Shown piece after piece: positions 30,032 through 42,613 of a stretch of 54,940 bases of DNA. The translations under genes were made by a program, and so were the position numbers. Under the pieces are notes generated by a model. That model ran no database searches and was not told the origin of the DNA. It was given only the letters and a program-made list of their open reading frames with translations. The first letter of the stretch is position 1; every line of letters begins with the position of its first letter. The stretch comes from an uncultured Proteiniphilum sp. (GTDB lineage Bacteria > Bacteroidota > Bacteroidia > Bacteroidales > Dysgonomonadaceae), in assembly GCA_964575445.1 (NCBI GenBank), contig CAZNRT010000002.1, forward strand, positions 6,328 to 61,267, written 5' to 3'.

Positions 30032-30856
30032 TTACAAATATTCTTTTAGCATTTTAGCCATATCAGTTTGTATCTTTTTAGCTTCATCAGCAGCCACAAA
30101 AGCAAAGTTCTCACTATTATCAGCATAAATAATGGCACGAGATGAGTTTACTAATAATCCACACTGTTTATTCATACCATACTTACACACATCCTCCAAT
30201 GAACCACCTTGCGCACCTACACCTGGTACCAGAAGAAAGTAGTTAGGTGCAATTTTTCTAACATCTTCAAACAATCTACCTTGTGTAGCACCAATTACGT
30301 ACATCATCTGATTTTCATTTGCCCACTTTTGAGAGGTTTTGATAACCTTCTCGAAAAGCTTTTCACCTTCAGCATCTTCAATAAATTGGAAATCATTAGA
30401 ACCTTTATTGCTTGTCAATGCAAGCAGAATCACCCATTTGTTCTTATAATTAAAGAAAGGTGTAACACTATCTTCGCCCATGTAGGGTGCTACTGTTACT
30501 GCATCAACTTTAGCAGTTTCAAAGAAAGTACGTGCATACATTTCGCTTGTATTGCCAATGTCGCCACGTTTTGCATCTGCAATAATGAAAATTTCAGGAT
30601 ATCTTTGATTGATATATGCTACAGTCTTTTCAAAAGCCAACCATCCTTGCAAACCCAGACTTTCATAAAATGCCAAATTAGGCTTATATGCAACACAGTA
30701 TTTTGCGGTTTTATCAATTATTTCTTTGTTAAAAGAATAAATAGGATCTTCTTTCTCCAATAGATATTCAGGGATTTTCTTTATATCTGTATCCAAACCA
30801 ATACATAAGAAAGATTGTTTCTTTTGTATCTGTTCGAAAAGTTGTTCTTTTGTCAT
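30032..30856 (-). CDS. pyrF: Orotidine-5'-phosphate decarboxylase
   Basis: [36 protein letters not shown]. Confidence 0.96.
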   Translation of the reverse strand: MTKEQLFEQIQKKQSFLCIGLDTDIKKIPEYLLEKEDPIYSFNKEIIDKTAKYCVAYKPNLAFYESLGLQGWLAFEKTVAYINQRYPEIFIIADAKRGDIGNTSEMYARTFFETAKVDAVTVAPYMGEDSVTPFFNYKNKWVILLALTSNKGSNDFQFIEDAEGEKLFEKVIKTSQKWANENQMMYVIGATQGRLFEDVRKIAPNYFLLVPGVGAQGGSLEDVCKYGMNKQCGLLVNSSRAIIYADNSENFAFVAADEAKKIQTDMAKMLKEYL

Positions 30857-30869
30857 ATTTGTGGTCTAA

Positions 30870-31955
30870 TTAAATTTCTGCTTCCTTCATCTTCTCTGCA
30901 TTCTCAGTAATAATCAATTGATCAATTACACCTTGAATATCACCATCCATAAATGCAGACAAATTATATGATGTATAATTTATTCTATGGTCTGTAATAC
31001 GTCCCTGAGGATAATTATAAGTACGTATTTTAGCGGATCTATCTCCTGTCGAAACCAATGTCTTTCTTCTTGAAGCAATGTCTCCAACACGCTTTGTCAA
31101 TTCAATATCATAAAGTCTCGTTCTCAACACTTGCATTGCAGTCTCTCTATTTTGCATTTGCGAACGACCTGCCTGACATACTATCACAATACCAGTAGGC
31201 TTGTGAGTAAGCTGCACTTTTGTTTCTACTTTATTTACGTGCTGTCCACCAGCACCACTCGAACGGGCAGTCTGTATTTCAATATCTGCTGGGTTGATTT
31301 CAATATCAAATTCTTCTGCTTCAGGCAAAACAGCAACAGTTGCTGCTGAGGTATGAACACGTCCTTGTGTTTCGGTTTGAGGGACTCTCTGAACTCGATG
31401 CACTCCTGATTCATATTTCAGAGTACCATAGATATCATTACCAGATACCTTGAAAATAATTTCTTTAAAACCACCAGCTGTACCCTCTGTAAAACTTGTT
31501 ATCTCGGTCTGCCAACCTTTATCCTCACAATATTTAGTGTACATTTTAAATAAGTCGCCAGCAAAAATTGAGGCTTCATCACCACCTGTTCCTCCACGAA
31601 TCTCCATGATCACATTTTTTGAATCTTCTGGATCAGCTGGAATAAGCAGCAACTTAATTATTTCTTCAAGTTCAGGAATCTTATCAGAATTAATAGATAA
31701 ATCTTCATTAGCTAACTGTCTTAAATCTGTATCATTTTCGTTGTCCAAGATATACTTTGCTTCTGCTACTGCATCGATTGCCTTTTTAAATTCATTTCTC
31801 GCATCGACAATCTTTTGCAAGTCTCTATATTCTTTGTTTAACTTTACAAATCGCTTCATATCACTAATAACTTCTGGATCAGTTATTAAAGTTCCTATTT
31901 CGTCGAATTTGGTAACTAAATGATTCAGCTTTTCTAATAATGAGTTTTCTGACAT
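30870..31955 (-). CDS. prfA: Peptide chain release factor 1
   Basis: GGQ motif, PxT motif (RVPQTE), [10 protein letters not shown]. Confidence 0.97.
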   Translation of the reverse strand: MSENSLLEKLNHLVTKFDEIGTLITDPEVISDMKRFVKLNKEYRDLQKIVDARNEFKKAIDAVAEAKYILDNENDTDLRQLANEDLSINSDKIPELEEIIKLLLIPADPEDSKNVIMEIRGGTGGDEASIFAGDLFKMYTKYCEDKGWQTEITSFTEGTAGGFKEIIFKVSGNDIYGTLKYESGVHRVQRVPQTETQGRVHTSAATVAVLPEAEEFDIEINPADIEIQTARSSGAGGQHVNKVETKVQLTHKPTGIVIVCQAGRSQMQNRETAMQVLRTRLYDIELTKRVGDIASRRKTLVSTGDRSAKIRTYNYPQGRITDHRINYTSYNLSAFMDGDIQGVIDQLIITENAEKMKEAEI

Positions 31956-31997
31956 ATTTTATTCTTTATAAATATCGTATTATTTTTTATTACGTGT

Positions 31998-33173
31998 TTA
32001 GTTGTATTCAAATATTCCAAACTCACTTTTAATTATTAGTTCCTTTTTATCTGATTTTTCAACTCGTCCCACAATCTGAGCATCCACATTAAATGATTGG
32101 GAAATATCAATTACAGATTGTGCATATTCTTTAGGCAAATAAACTTCCATTCTATGTCCCATATTGAATACTTTATACATCTCTTTCCAATCAGTATTTG
32201 ATTGATTCTGAATGATATCAAACAGAGGTGGGATGGGGAACATATTATCTTTTACTACACGTAGATTATCATTTAAAAAATGCAATATCTTAGTTTGTGC
32301 ACCACCAGAACAATGTACCATTCCATGAATTTTTGATCTCATCTCTTTTAAAATAACAGATATAATTGGGGCATAAGTACGAGTAGGGGATAATACTAAT
32401 TTTCCTGCATCAATTCCCAATTTTTCAATTTGATCTGTTAGCTTAATATTCCCAGAATAAATCAATTCTGATGGTATTAAATTATCATAACTCTCTGGAT
32501 ACTTGTCAGCAAGATAATTATGGAATACATCATGTCGAGCTGATGTTAGACCATTACTACCCATACCGCCATTATATTCCTTTTCATAGGTAGCTTGCCC
32601 AGAAGAGGATAATCCAACAATAACATCACCTTCCTTAATATTATAGTTGTCAATAACATCATCTCGCTTCATTCTACAAGCAACCGTGCTATCAACAATT
32701 ATTGTACGCACTATATCACCAACATCCGCCGTTTCACCACCTGTTGGATACACATTAACGCCAAGTGAGCTCAACTCTTCACAAAGTTCATTTGTACCAT
32801 TTATTATAGCCGAAATTACATCACCAGGAATTAAATTCTTATTTCGTCCAATAGTAGAAGACAATAATATGTTGTCTGTAGCACCTACACAAAGCAAATC
32901 ATCAATATTCATAATCAAAGCATCTTGTGCAATTCCTTTCCATACAGAAATATCTCCCGTTTCACGCCAATAAACATATGCTAAAGAAGACTTTGTTCCA
33001 GCACCGTCAGCATGCATAATATTGCAATATTCAGGATCACCCCCAAGAATATCTGGAATAATTTTACAAAATGCTTTTGGATACAACCCTTTATCAATAT
33101 TTCTTATAGCATTATGGACGTCTTCTTTTGATGCTGAAACACCTCGTTGAATGTATCTTTGATTGTTATTCAT
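31998..33173 (-). CDS. purM: AIR synthase (PurM-like, Bacteroidota type)
   Basis: HADGAGTKS, MNIDD, GGETAD, SNGLT, VFNMGHR. Confidence 0.85.
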   Translation of the reverse strand: MNNNQRYIQRGVSASKEDVHNAIRNIDKGLYPKAFCKIIPDILGGDPEYCNIMHADGAGTKSSLAYVYWRETGDISVWKGIAQDALIMNIDDLLCVGATDNILLSSTIGRNKNLIPGDVISAIINGTNELCEELSSLGVNVYPTGGETADVGDIVRTIIVDSTVACRMKRDDVIDNYNIKEGDVIVGLSSSGQATYEKEYNGGMGSNGLTSARHDVFHNYLADKYPESYDNLIPSELIYSGNIKLTDQIEKLGIDAGKLVLSPTRTYAPIISVILKEMRSKIHGMVHCSGGAQTKILHFLNDNLRVVKDNMFPIPPLFDIIQNQSNTDWKEMYKVFNMGHRMEVYLPKEYAQSVIDISQSFNVDAQIVGRVEKSDKKELIIKSEFGIFEYN

Positions 33174-33352
33174 AATAAATGAGTTTACTTATATTTGATA
33201 GTATGTAATATGTTTGATAGAATATGGATAGTGATTATTTTTAGTGCCTGTAGATATGTACCATAGTCTTATTATACAAAAATTATAATCCTATAAACGA
33301 TACAAAAGTAATAAAAAAGACTTACATTTGAGTAAAATTTAAAGGTTATAAT

Positions 33353-33380
33353 TTATATTATAATCACCATTATGTTTAAT
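33353..33380 (+). other. Candidate dif (XerC/XerD) site TTATATTATAA-TCACCA-TTATGTTTAAT
   Basis: 11-6-11 layout with ATAA-N6-TTAT; right arm matches the canonical XerD arm TTATGTTAAAT at 10/11; intergenic; lies near the gene-orientation switch. Confidence 0.6.
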
Positions 33381-33398
33381 GACAACTGCTAAACAAAA

Positions 33399-33453
33399 CT
33401 CTAATCAAAAAAAAGGCTTCTAATTTAAATTAGAAGCCTTTTTTTGATTAGAG
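33399..33453 (-). terminator. Long palindromic terminator after the gyrA-TPR operon
   Basis: CTCTAATC-A8-GGCTTCTAATTT / AAATTAGAAGCC-T7-GATTAGAG. Confidence 0.85.
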
Positions 33454-33464
33454 CAAATTAGTAT

Positions 33465-34745
33465 TTACAATCCTAATTGATCTTCTATCTCTTTTAGTTG
33501 AACTGATTTATCAACACCCATCATGCTTAAGTTGTAATATACATTTCTTAATTTCATAAGTGCACCATCAAGCTCTGTTTGGTCAGCTCCTCTTGATTTT
33601 AATGTATTTGTAAATTTCTCAAGAAATGGCAGTGAAATTTCATAAAGCTCAATTGTTTTCTTATCATTCTCAAGCTGTACTTTTCTATCAGAAATTGTTG
33701 CAGTAATTTCTTTTAGATCTTGTGCTTGCAGGATATAATTAACTGCCAATTGTTCAAGAGCTCTTTCACAATTAGGATCTTGTTCTAATGCTTTTCTATA
33801 CTCTTGTTCAGCACCTTTAAAATCACCCTTTTCTGCTAATAAAGCACCCTTCACACTATTCAAATCGCATGAATTGGATGGGTCATTTTTAATTGCAGTG
33901 TCAAGATAAGCCATAGCTTTATCATTCTCACCGTTACGTATAAAAATGTTTATTAGATTTGGAATAAAATATTTACTTTTAGGGAATTTATCAGCACCCT
34001 CGTATAATGTTTCAACATATTTTACTGTATCTCCAAGTTGCATATACTCACTTGCCATTAATTCATAAATATCACTCTCTTGGAATGCGCTATTCGCAAT
34101 AAATGGCTCTTTAGCAGCTCTCTTAAGCAATGACAATGCTCTTTTATGTTGCTCTCCTTGAATTGCTGTAATAATTGCATAATACTTAATTGTTTGATAA
34201 GTACTATCTAAAACAAAAGCATCTTTTACTCCCTCAAACATAGAAAGAGTTGGTATATCCCAGAATATTTCGAAAAAGTCTGTTGCTTTTGTGTAATCAT
34301 GCTTCTCATTATAGAAGATACCGCCATTAATATAAAACTGATGATTAGCAATCAGCTTACCCTGAATCTCTTTTCTAAATCTATTTTTTACTTTACCTTT
34401 AGCATTGGGTATCTCACCTAATGAATCAGCCTTTACATATGGAGCATACGCCTCCAAAAGTCCATCATACATAGCTTGTTGGTTAGCTGATTTACCAAGC
34501 ATTTCATTTGTTTTTTCATTATCAAATGCTTTGTCACCAATATCGCCATATAATTTCCATGTTTCGGCATCAGTTGCTGTTTCAGCATTTTCAACTGCTA
34601 ATTTTATTAAGGTACGAGCCTCTTTAAGATCATTACTTCCAAGTGATCTTTTCGCATCTCGAACAACTGATTTTTGCGCAAAAACTGCAGTAGTGGCAAA
34701 AATAGTTACCATAGTAAGGGATAATAATTTTTTCATCACTCTCAT
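33465..34745 (-). CDS. Exported tetratricopeptide-repeat protein
   Basis: Signal peptide (start may be 34736, MKKLL); TPR-like helices (AMAYLDTAIKNDP, AEQEYRKALEQDP). Confidence 0.8.
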   Translation of the reverse strand: MRVMKKLLSLTMVTIFATTAVFAQKSVVRDAKRSLGSNDLKEARTLIKLAVENAETATDAETWKLYGDIGDKAFDNEKTNEMLGKSANQQAMYDGLLEAYAPYVKADSLGEIPNAKGKVKNRFRKEIQGKLIANHQFYINGGIFYNEKHDYTKATDFFEIFWDIPTLSMFEGVKDAFVLDSTYQTIKYYAIITAIQGEQHKRALSLLKRAAKEPFIANSAFQESDIYELMASEYMQLGDTVKYVETLYEGADKFPKSKYFIPNLINIFIRNGENDKAMAYLDTAIKNDPSNSCDLNSVKGALLAEKGDFKGAEQEYRKALEQDPNCERALEQLAVNYILQAQDLKEITATISDRKVQLENDKKTIELYEISLPFLEKFTNTLKSRGADQTELDGALMKLRNVYYNLSMMGVDKSVQLKEIEDQLGL

Positions 34746-34841
34746 TGTTATTTTTCTTTTTTTAAATTAATATTGTCGTGAAATTAACGATGTCTATTAT
34801 TAATAGACTGTAAAGGTAGAAATAGTTTAAATATAACAGGA

Positions 34842-37385
34842 CTATTCGTCAGAGTTTTCTTTAAGATTGTCGATATTTTCTATATTATCTGCAGATAAAT
34901 CAATAATGTCTTCTTCGTCGTCTATTGAGTTTACTTTACACACAGAAGCTATCTCATCATTCCTTTTGTCCAAATTAATCAACCTTACACCTTGTGTGGC
35001 TCTACCCATAGTTCTTAGTTCAGCTATCTTGAGACGAATTGTAATTCCTGATTTATTGATTATCATCAAATCATTTTCATCGGTAACGCTTTTAATAGAA
35101 ACGAGTTTTCCAGTTTTGTCTGTAACATTTAATGTTTTAACTCCCTTGCCACCTCTTCGGGTAATTCTATATACTGGCTCACCATCTTCATCATTTAGAA
35201 GAGTGCGCTTACCATATCCCTGCTCAGATACAACTAATATAGATTCAGGTGAATCAGAATCCATTGCTATCATTCCAATTACCAAATCATCATTTTCATC
35301 AATGGTCATACCTTTTACTCCACTTGCCGTACGCCCCATTGGTCTAACATCAGATTCATTAAATCTAACTGCTCTACCATTTCTATTAGCCATTATTATA
35401 TCTTTATTCCCATCTGTAAGCCTTACAGCTACCACCTTGTCTTGATTTCTAAGACCAATGGCAATCACACCATTCTGACGTGGACGCGAATAAGCCTCTA
35501 ATAATGTTTTCTTTACCATTCCCATCTCAGTAGCAAATACCAAGTAGTTTGAATTTATATAATCTACATCTTCTAATGTATTCACTCTAATGAATGCAGT
35601 TATATTATCGTCTGAATCAATATTCAATAGATTTTGAACAGCTCTTCCTCGAGAGACCTTTGTACCTTCAGGAATTTCAAAAACTCTCAACCAATAACAT
35701 TTCCCTTTTTGAGTAAAGAAAATCATATAGTTGTGATTTGAAGCAGGATATATATATTCTACAAAATCTGCTTCTCTTGTTTGAGAGCCACGTGCCCCTA
35801 CTCCACCCCTATTTTGAGATTTAAATTCGCTTAGTGGTGTCCTCTTGATATAACCCAAATGTGAAATCGTAATGATCATCTCATCATCAGAATAAAAATC
35901 TTCAGGATTCATCTCCTCTGAGGCAAACACAATCTCTGAACGGCGTTTATCTCCAAATCTTTCTCTAATCTCAATTAATTCATCCTTAATAATTTGCATT
36001 CTTAGGCTCTCGTCATTAAGAATACTATTTAAATGAGATATAAGCTTTTGTATTTCATCATATTCTCCACGTAATTTGTTCTGCTCGAGTCCTGTCAATT
36101 GTCTCAATCTCATTTCAACAATAGCGCGAGACTGAATTTCACTCAATTTAAAGCGCTCTATTAGCCCCTGAATAGCATCCTGAGGCGTAGATGAACCACG
36201 AATTATTGAAATAACCTCATCAATATTATCAGAAGCAATAATTAAACCTTCCAAAATATGAGCTCTTTCTTCTGCTTTGCGCAATTCAAACTTTGTTCTT
36301 CTAACAACAACTTCATGACGATGCTCTACAAAATATTCAATCATTTGTTTTAGATTAAGCATCATCGGACGCCCCTTCACTAAAGCAATATTGTTAACAC
36401 TAAATGAGGATTGTAGCGCAGTAAATTTGTATAATGTATTAAGTACAACATTTGCATTTGCATCACGTTTCACATCTACAACAATACGCATTCCCTGACG
36501 GTCAGACTCATCATTGATATTTGAAATACCCTCTATTTTTTTATCGGAAACTAAGTCGGCAATGGTTTTTATCAAATCAGCTTTGTTCACGAGGTATGGT
36601 ATCTCTGAAATTATAATCTGATCTCGATTTTTGTCAGTTTCAATTTCTGCTCTACCTCTCATTACAATACGCCCTCTTCCTGTTTCGAATGCTTCTTGTA
36701 CGCCCTTATATCCATAAATATATCCACCAGTTGGAAAATCGGGAGCTTTCACAAAATGCATCAATTCCTCAATTGTAACATCGTTATTATCAATGTATGC
36801 AATTATTCCATCAATAGTTTCGGACAAGTTGTGAGGTGCCATATTAGTAGCCATACCCACCGCAATACCAGACGCACCATTAATTAATAGGTTTGGTATT
36901 CGTGTAGGAAGCACTGTAGGCTCTTGAAGTGTATCGTCAAAGTTCAGTTGAAAATCTACAGTATCTTTTTCGATATCGCGGAGCATTTCTTCAGACAGTT
37001 TATTCAAACGGGCTTCGGTATAACGCATAGCCGCTGGACTATCACCATCCACACTCCCCATATTCCCTTGTCCATCTATAAGGGTATATCTCATACTCCA
37101 TGTTTGCGCTAAACGCACCATAGCATTATAAACTGAATAATCTCCATGTGGGTGAAACTTACCCAACACCTCACCGACAATTCTTGCTGACTTTTTATGA
37201 GGCTTATCCGAATAGTTACCTAATTCAGACATACCAAATAGAATACGTCTATGAACTGGCTTAAAACCGTCTCTAACGTCTGGCAAAGCACGTGATACAA
37301 TAACGGACATCGAATAATCGATATACGCTGATTTCATCTCATCTTCAATGTTAATCTTAATGACTCTGTCTTCTTGGTCAATCAT
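34842..37385 (-). CDS. gyrA: DNA gyrase subunit A
   Basis: [21 protein letters not shown], GyrA box QNRGGVG, C-terminal beta-pinwheel repeats. Confidence 0.98.
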   Translation of the reverse strand: MIDQEDRVIKINIEDEMKSAYIDYSMSVIVSRALPDVRDGFKPVHRRILFGMSELGNYSDKPHKKSARIVGEVLGKFHPHGDYSVYNAMVRLAQTWSMRYTLIDGQGNMGSVDGDSPAAMRYTEARLNKLSEEMLRDIEKDTVDFQLNFDDTLQEPTVLPTRIPNLLINGASGIAVGMATNMAPHNLSETIDGIIAYIDNNDVTIEELMHFVKAPDFPTGGYIYGYKGVQEAFETGRGRIVMRGRAEIETDKNRDQIIISEIPYLVNKADLIKTIADLVSDKKIEGISNINDESDRQGMRIVVDVKRDANANVVLNTLYKFTALQSSFSVNNIALVKGRPMMLNLKQMIEYFVEHRHEVVVRRTKFELRKAEERAHILEGLIIASDNIDEVISIIRGSSTPQDAIQGLIERFKLSEIQSRAIVEMRLRQLTGLEQNKLRGEYDEIQKLISHLNSILNDESLRMQIIKDELIEIRERFGDKRRSEIVFASEEMNPEDFYSDDEMIITISHLGYIKRTPLSEFKSQNRGGVGARGSQTREADFVEYIYPASNHNYMIFFTQKGKCYWLRVFEIPEGTKVSRGRAVQNLLNIDSDDNITAFIRVNTLEDVDYINSNYLVFATEMGMVKKTLLEAYSRPRQNGVIAIGLRNQDKVVAVRLTDGNKDIIMANRNGRAVRFNESDVRPMGRTASGVKGMTIDENDDLVIGMIAMDSDSPESILVVSEQGYGKRTLLNDEDGEPVYRITRRGGKGVKTLNVTDKTGKLVSIKSVTDENDLMIINKSGITIRLKIAELRTMGRATQGVRLINLDKRNDEIASVCKVNSIDDEEDIIDLSADNIENIDNLKENSDE

Positions 37386-37580
37386 ATTTTTATGTGATTA
37401 ATTTGCTTTATTATATATTTATAAATCATTGATTTTCATGATAATAAATATTTGCAGTATATGTATTTAAAATATCACACTAAGATACTGCTATTTCATG
37501 ATTTAACAAAAATAATTCACTATTTTCTATTTTCATTTAATCTTTTTTCAACAATCAAACGTGGAGATGTTTTAAACTAA

Positions 37581-37613
37581 AAACCCGAAGAAATTTTAAT
37601 CTCTTCGGGCTTT
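37581..37613 (-). terminator. Terminator after secA
   Basis: CCCGAAGA ... TCTTCGGG stem with an A-run on its left. Confidence 0.65.
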
Positions 37614-37639
37614 AATATAATAGTTAGTGAATATACTTA

Positions 37640-40600
37640 TTATTCATTCCTACCATGACAACTCTTATATTTCTTTCCACTTCCACAAGGACACGGTTCA
37701 TTTCTACCAACCTTCTTCTCAACACGAATAGGTGCTAATTTACGTTCCGCTTGTTTCGGAGAGCCGTCACTATTTGATCTATTCTCCAACTCATCTTTTT
37801 GAGTTTTATATTTACTATAGTCAGTCTTCTGTTCTGGAGCAGCTTGTTTTACATTCTGAGGATCTTGTATAGGTATCTGTCCTCTCATCAAAACCGAAAC
37901 AGCTTTTGAATTGACATCATTAACCATCAACTTAAACAGACTGAATGACTCAAGTTTATATATTAGTAATGGATCTTTTTGTTCATAACTGGCATTCTGA
38001 ACCGATTGACGCAAATCGTCCATTTCTCTCAAGTGATCTTTCCAATTCTCATCAATAGTATGTAGAAGAATGGATTTCTCAAAGGCTTTCACTAATTCTT
38101 TCGAACCCGACTCATAAGCATCTTTTAGGTTAGTCGAAATATTATATACTTTTTTACCATCAGTAATAGGAATTAGAATATTTTCATAAAGTGCACCTTG
38201 TTTTTCATACACATCTTTAATCACAGGATGTGCAATTTCTGCGAGTCTATCTGTTTTACGCTTGAAGGCAGCAATAGCACTTTCAATCACTCTATCTGAT
38301 TGAACTTCCAATTTCATATCCTTCATTTCTTCTTCTGAGAAAGGGACATCTAAAGCCATCACTCGATAGAGATCTATTTTCATACTTTCAAAATTGCTTT
38401 CGTTCTCTTCCACAATTTCTTTTGCTGCATCTTTTATAATATTTGCAACATCATTCTCTATTCTTTCACCAATAAGAGCATTTCTACGACGTTTATATAT
38501 TACTTCACGTTGAGAATTCATCACGTCATCATATTCCAACAGACGCTTTCTAATCCCAAAGTTATTTTCTTCAACTTTCTTCTGTGCTCTTTCCACTGAC
38601 TTATTGAGCATATCATGCTCTAATACATCACCTTCTTTAAAGCCCATTCTATCCATCAGACTGGCTATTTTCTCAGTTGCGAACAAGCGCATTAAATCAT
38701 CTTCAAGAGAAACAAAGAATACTGAAGAGCCAGGATCACCCTGACGACCAGCACGCCCCCTTAACTGCCTATCGACACGACGGCTTTCATGTCGTTCGGT
38801 ACCAATAATTGCTAATCCCCCAGCATCTTTCACTGCCTTGCTAAGCTTAATATCAGTACCACGCCCCGCCATATTTGTTGCAATAGTCACCATTCCTTCT
38901 TGTCCTGCGTTAGCTACTACCTCTGCCTCTCGTTGGTGTAATTTAGCATTCAGCACATTGTGTTTAATCTTTCTCAAGGTGAGCATGCGACCAAGAAGCT
39001 CTGATATTTCAACCGAAGTGGTACCCACTAATACAGGACGACCTTTAGAGATATAGCTTTCCACCTCGTCGATTACAGCAGTATATTTCTCTCTTTTTGT
39101 TTTATATATACGGTCATTCATATCATTTCTCACAATTGGTCTATTTGTGGGTATTACCACAACATCCAATTTGTAAATATCCCAAAGCTCTCCAGCCTCA
39201 GTTTCAGCCGTACCTGTCATACCCGATAGCTTATTATACATCCTGAAATAGTTCTGAAGTGTAATTGTTGCAAAAGTTTGAGTGGCAGCTTCCACTTTCA
39301 CATATTCTTTTGCTTCAATTGCCTGATGCAGACCGTCAGAATATCTACGACCTTCCATAATACGACCAGTCTGCTCATCTACAATTTTCACCTTATTATC
39401 AATAACTACGTACTCATCATCTTTTTCAAAAAGAGTATAAGCCTTCAACAATTGATTTACTGTATGAACGCGCTCAGATTTTATTGCATAATTCTGTAGA
39501 AATTCATCTTTTGCATTAGATTTCTCTTCGTCTGACATATCCATATTCTCCAACTCTGCAAGTTGTCCTGCAACATCTGGCAATACAAAGAAGTGTGGAT
39601 CATCTGAATTTCCTGTCAGTGCATCAATACCCTTATCAGTCAATTCAATGCTATTATGCTTTTCATCAATCACAAAGAACAAAGGATCTGTAGCAACATG
39701 CATGTTCCTTGATTGCTCTTGCATATAAAATTCTTCAGTCTTCAACAAGGCAGCCTTCACACCCTGCTCACTCAAGTATTTTATAAGAGGTTTATATTTA
39801 GGCATTCCTTTATATGATCTAAACAAAAGCAACATTCCTTCCTCTTGTTCTTTTTTATCTTCAGAAGCCATCTTAGTTCGCGCATCAGCAAGGAGTCTTG
39901 TTGTGAAATCCCTCTGCATTTTCACCAATTGCTCAACTTTGGGTCTAAAAACATCAAACAGTTGGTCATCACCTTTCGGCACTGGACCCGATATAATCAA
40001 TGGAGTTCGCGCATCATCAATCAATACAGAGTCAACCTCGTCAACAATAGCAAAATTATGAATCCTTTGAACTAAATCTTTAGGCGAGATTGCCATATTA
40101 TCACGTAGGTAATCAAACCCAAATTCATTATTGGTGCCAAATGTAATGTCTGCCTCATAAGCTTTACGCCTTGCATCTGAGTTGGGTTGATGTTTATCAA
40201 TACAATCAACAGATAGACCATGAAACATATACATAGGTCCCATCCATTCCGAGTCACGTTTTGATAAGTAATCGTTAACAGTAACCACGTGTACTCCTCT
40301 ATGGCTAAGTGCATTTAAGAATACAGGAAGTGTAGCTACCAAAGTTTTACCTTCACCAGTTGCCATTTCCGCAATCTTACCTTGATGAAGAACCACACCA
40401 CCAAAAAGCTGCACATCATAGTGAATCATCTCCCACACTATTTCGTTACCACCAGCTATCCATCGGTTCTTGTATATAGCTTTGTCTCCTTCGATCTGAA
40501 CAAAATCATGAGAAGCTGCCAAGTCTTTATCAAAATCTGATGCAGTTACAACCACATTCTCATTTTCTGTGAATCTTTTTGCAGTTTCCTTTACAATCGA

Positions 40601-40933
40601 AAAAGCTTCAGGTAAAACATCTTCAAGAACCTGCTCTAATTTTGAGGTTATACCCTCTTCGATCTTATCAATTTCTTTCCACACCGATTCTCTTTTTTCC
40701 ATATCGATGCTATTGATATTGCTCTTTAGCTCACTAATTTTAGCCTTATCCTCTTTGATAAAATCATGAATTCTGCTTTCAAGTTCTTTTGTTTTAGCTC
40801 GCAGCTCATCATTTGAAAGTTTTTCAATTGCAGGATATGCCTCTTTTATCCTATTTACAATAGGGTTTATATTGTTTAAATCCCGTTGGGCTTTGTTGCC
40901 AAATATCTTACTTATAAATTTATTGAATCCCAT
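37640..40933 (-). CDS. secA: Preprotein translocase ATPase SecA
   Basis: [39 protein letters not shown] motif [13 protein letters not shown]. Start moved to MGFNK. Confidence 0.98.
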   Translation of the reverse strand: MGFNKFISKIFGNKAQRDLNNINPIVNRIKEAYPAIEKLSNDELRAKTKELESRIHDFIKEDKAKISELKSNINSIDMEKRESVWKEIDKIEEGITSKLEQVLEDVLPEAFSIVKETAKRFTENENVVVTASDFDKDLAASHDFVQIEGDKAIYKNRWIAGGNEIVWEMIHYDVQLFGGVVLHQGKIAEMATGEGKTLVATLPVFLNALSHRGVHVVTVNDYLSKRDSEWMGPMYMFHGLSVDCIDKHQPNSDARRKAYEADITFGTNNEFGFDYLRDNMAISPKDLVQRIHNFAIVDEVDSVLIDDARTPLIISGPVPKGDDQLFDVFRPKVEQLVKMQRDFTTRLLADARTKMASEDKKEQEEGMLLLFRSYKGMPKYKPLIKYLSEQGVKAALLKTEEFYMQEQSRNMHVATDPLFFVIDEKHNSIELTDKGIDALTGNSDDPHFFVLPDVAGQLAELENMDMSDEEKSNAKDEFLQNYAIKSERVHTVNQLLKAYTLFEKDDEYVVIDNKVKIVDEQTGRIMEGRRYSDGLHQAIEAKEYVKVEAATQTFATITLQNYFRMYNKLSGMTGTAETEAGELWDIYKLDVVVIPTNRPIVRNDMNDRIYKTKREKYTAVIDEVESYISKGRPVLVGTTSVEISELLGRMLTLRKIKHNVLNAKLHQREAEVVANAGQEGMVTIATNMAGRGTDIKLSKAVKDAGGLAIIGTERHESRRVDRQLRGRAGRQGDPGSSVFFVSLEDDLMRLFATEKIASLMDRMGFKEGDVLEHDMLNKSVERAQKKVEENNFGIRKRLLEYDDVMNSQREVIYKRRRNALIGERIENDVANIIKDAAKEIVEENESNFESMKIDLYRVMALDVPFSEEEMKDMKLEVQSDRVIESAIAAFKRKTDRLAEIAHPVIKDVYEKQGALYENILIPITDGKKVYNISTNLKDAYESGSKELVKAFEKSILLHTIDENWKDHLREMDDLRQSVQNASYEQKDPLLIYKLESFSLFKLMVNDVNSKAVSVLMRGQIPIQDPQNVKQAAPEQKTDYSKYKTQKDELENRSNSDGSPKQAERKLAPIRVEKKVGRNEPCPCGSGKKYKSCHGRNE

Positions 40934-40983
40934 ATTATAGTCTTGTTTATTTTCTAATTTAAAAAAATCTGTTGATGTAATAC

Positions 40984-42570
40984 TCAAAATAGCTCTCTCA
41001 AAATTAATGCCCGAGCAGCATTAGGAGCTCTAATTCTCAATCTATGAGCAACACTTGGTGCTATTTCTGTCGCATCTATAACTCTATTTATTTTTTGAGA
41101 TTGAATATTATTCCCATAAAATATGATAGGTGATACTATTGCATTTTGTCTTATTCTATAATTATTTTCAGTATGCTCATCCTCATATTTAATGCACCAT
41201 CCTGGTTGCAACTCAAGATACAAATCTCCAGAAATTCCCTTAAAATATCCATTTCTATAAAACTGCACGTTCTGATTGTAGGCTCCATGAAGCATCTGAT
41301 GTGACGTTACCACATCTTGTATGCCTGCGGATTGAACCAAAAACTCAGCAGCCTTTTGTTGCAGTTCCACAAAATTGATTTTTTTGTCTTCTATCAATTT
41401 TCTATTAAAAAATATCTGTTGATTATAGTATCTACTAATCCACTGTTCGCGTCCATAGATTGCCATCAGATACATATTTAACAACGCAGCACTTCTTTCA
41501 GGATAAAAGTCACCTCCTGCAGAGATATAATTTTCAGGAAAAAACTCTTGTTCATTAAAGTATCCAGTAGAAACAACAAATATTAATGCGTTATTTAATC
41601 CAATACTCTCATCTATTATATCCAACAAGTCGGCAATATCTTTGTCTAATCGATGATATATATCCTGTATCTCTACCGAATAGTTTTTATCTAAAGACCT
41701 CTCATAAGGACCCGCATAAAAAGTAAGAGCTAAGAAATCAGGATTCTCCCTTTTTCCTAAATTATTAAATTTCAATACTTTTTCAGCAATATTTCTCACT
41801 TCACTATTCACGAATGGAGACTGCTTTAGCAGCTTAATGCCATGTTTCTTGTCAGCACCAAAATGATGTTGAAAGTTATATATATTCTGTGTGTATGGAA
41901 AGGCATGATAATTAGAAACATCAATTTCTGGTTTCCAATATATAGAACTTACCCTTTTAGACAAAGACTCCTGAGTTTTGTTATATTGGTCAACTAATGA
42001 TCTTTGAGTTTTATAGAAAGATGTGGTAGCCCAATTTCCTGTCATATTATCTACCCAATATGCGGCAGTTGCTGCATGTCCACCCGTGCTCAATGCTTGG
42101 GATTCTTCAGGCGCAAAAGCAAAAACATCAGACTGTCCATTTGATGCAATTTTTAATTCATCAGTAATTGTGGATACTCTAACCGCTAAAGGAGAATAGT
42201 GCTCTCCAGTGAAAACACCTGGATAATAATCATCTTTAAATGAAGATACCTCAATATTCTCATTATGACTCAACTTCTTCTCTCCCACTATCCCATGATA
42301 AGCAGGATTTGAACCTGTGTATATTGTAGCTATTGCCGAGGCACGATCAACATTGGGAAAGTTAAATTTCATATCTGAATATACCAATCCTCCATTTATC
42401 AATCTCTTGAATCCCTTTTCGCCAAAGGTATGTTGAAATAACTCCAAATAGTCACCTCTTAATTGATCAATAGTAATTCCAACCACTAATTTTGGTGGTA
42501 CATGAGCCTCCCCTGCTATTGCGGAAGCTATAGAGAATAGTGCTAAGAGCGAAGATAATATTTTTAACAT
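40984..42570 (-). CDS. Alkaline phosphatase superfamily (PafA-like) exported protein, catalytic motifs degenerate
   Basis: [24 protein letters not shown]...HGIV, GDL; signal peptide from MLKIL. Confidence 0.8.
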   Translation of the reverse strand: MLKILSSLLALFSIASAIAGEAHVPPKLVVGITIDQLRGDYLELFQHTFGEKGFKRLINGGLVYSDMKFNFPNVDRASAIATIYTGSNPAYHGIVGEKKLSHNENIEVSSFKDDYYPGVFTGEHYSPLAVRVSTITDELKIASNGQSDVFAFAPEESQALSTGGHAATAAYWVDNMTGNWATTSFYKTQRSLVDQYNKTQESLSKRVSSIYWKPEIDVSNYHAFPYTQNIYNFQHHFGADKKHGIKLLKQSPFVNSEVRNIAEKVLKFNNLGKRENPDFLALTFYAGPYERSLDKNYSVEIQDIYHRLDKDIADLLDIIDESIGLNNALIFVVSTGYFNEQEFFPENYISAGGDFYPERSAALLNMYLMAIYGREQWISRYYNQQIFFNRKLIEDKKINFVELQQKAAEFLVQSAGIQDVVTSHQMLHGAYNQNVQFYRNGYFKGISGDLYLELQPGWCIKYEDEHTENNYRIRQNAIVSPIIFYGNNIQSQKINRVIDATEIAPSVAHRLRIRAPNAARALILRELF

Positions 42571-42613
42571 TGAATTTATGTACTGTTTGTCTTTATTATT
42601 TGCAAAAATCGTG

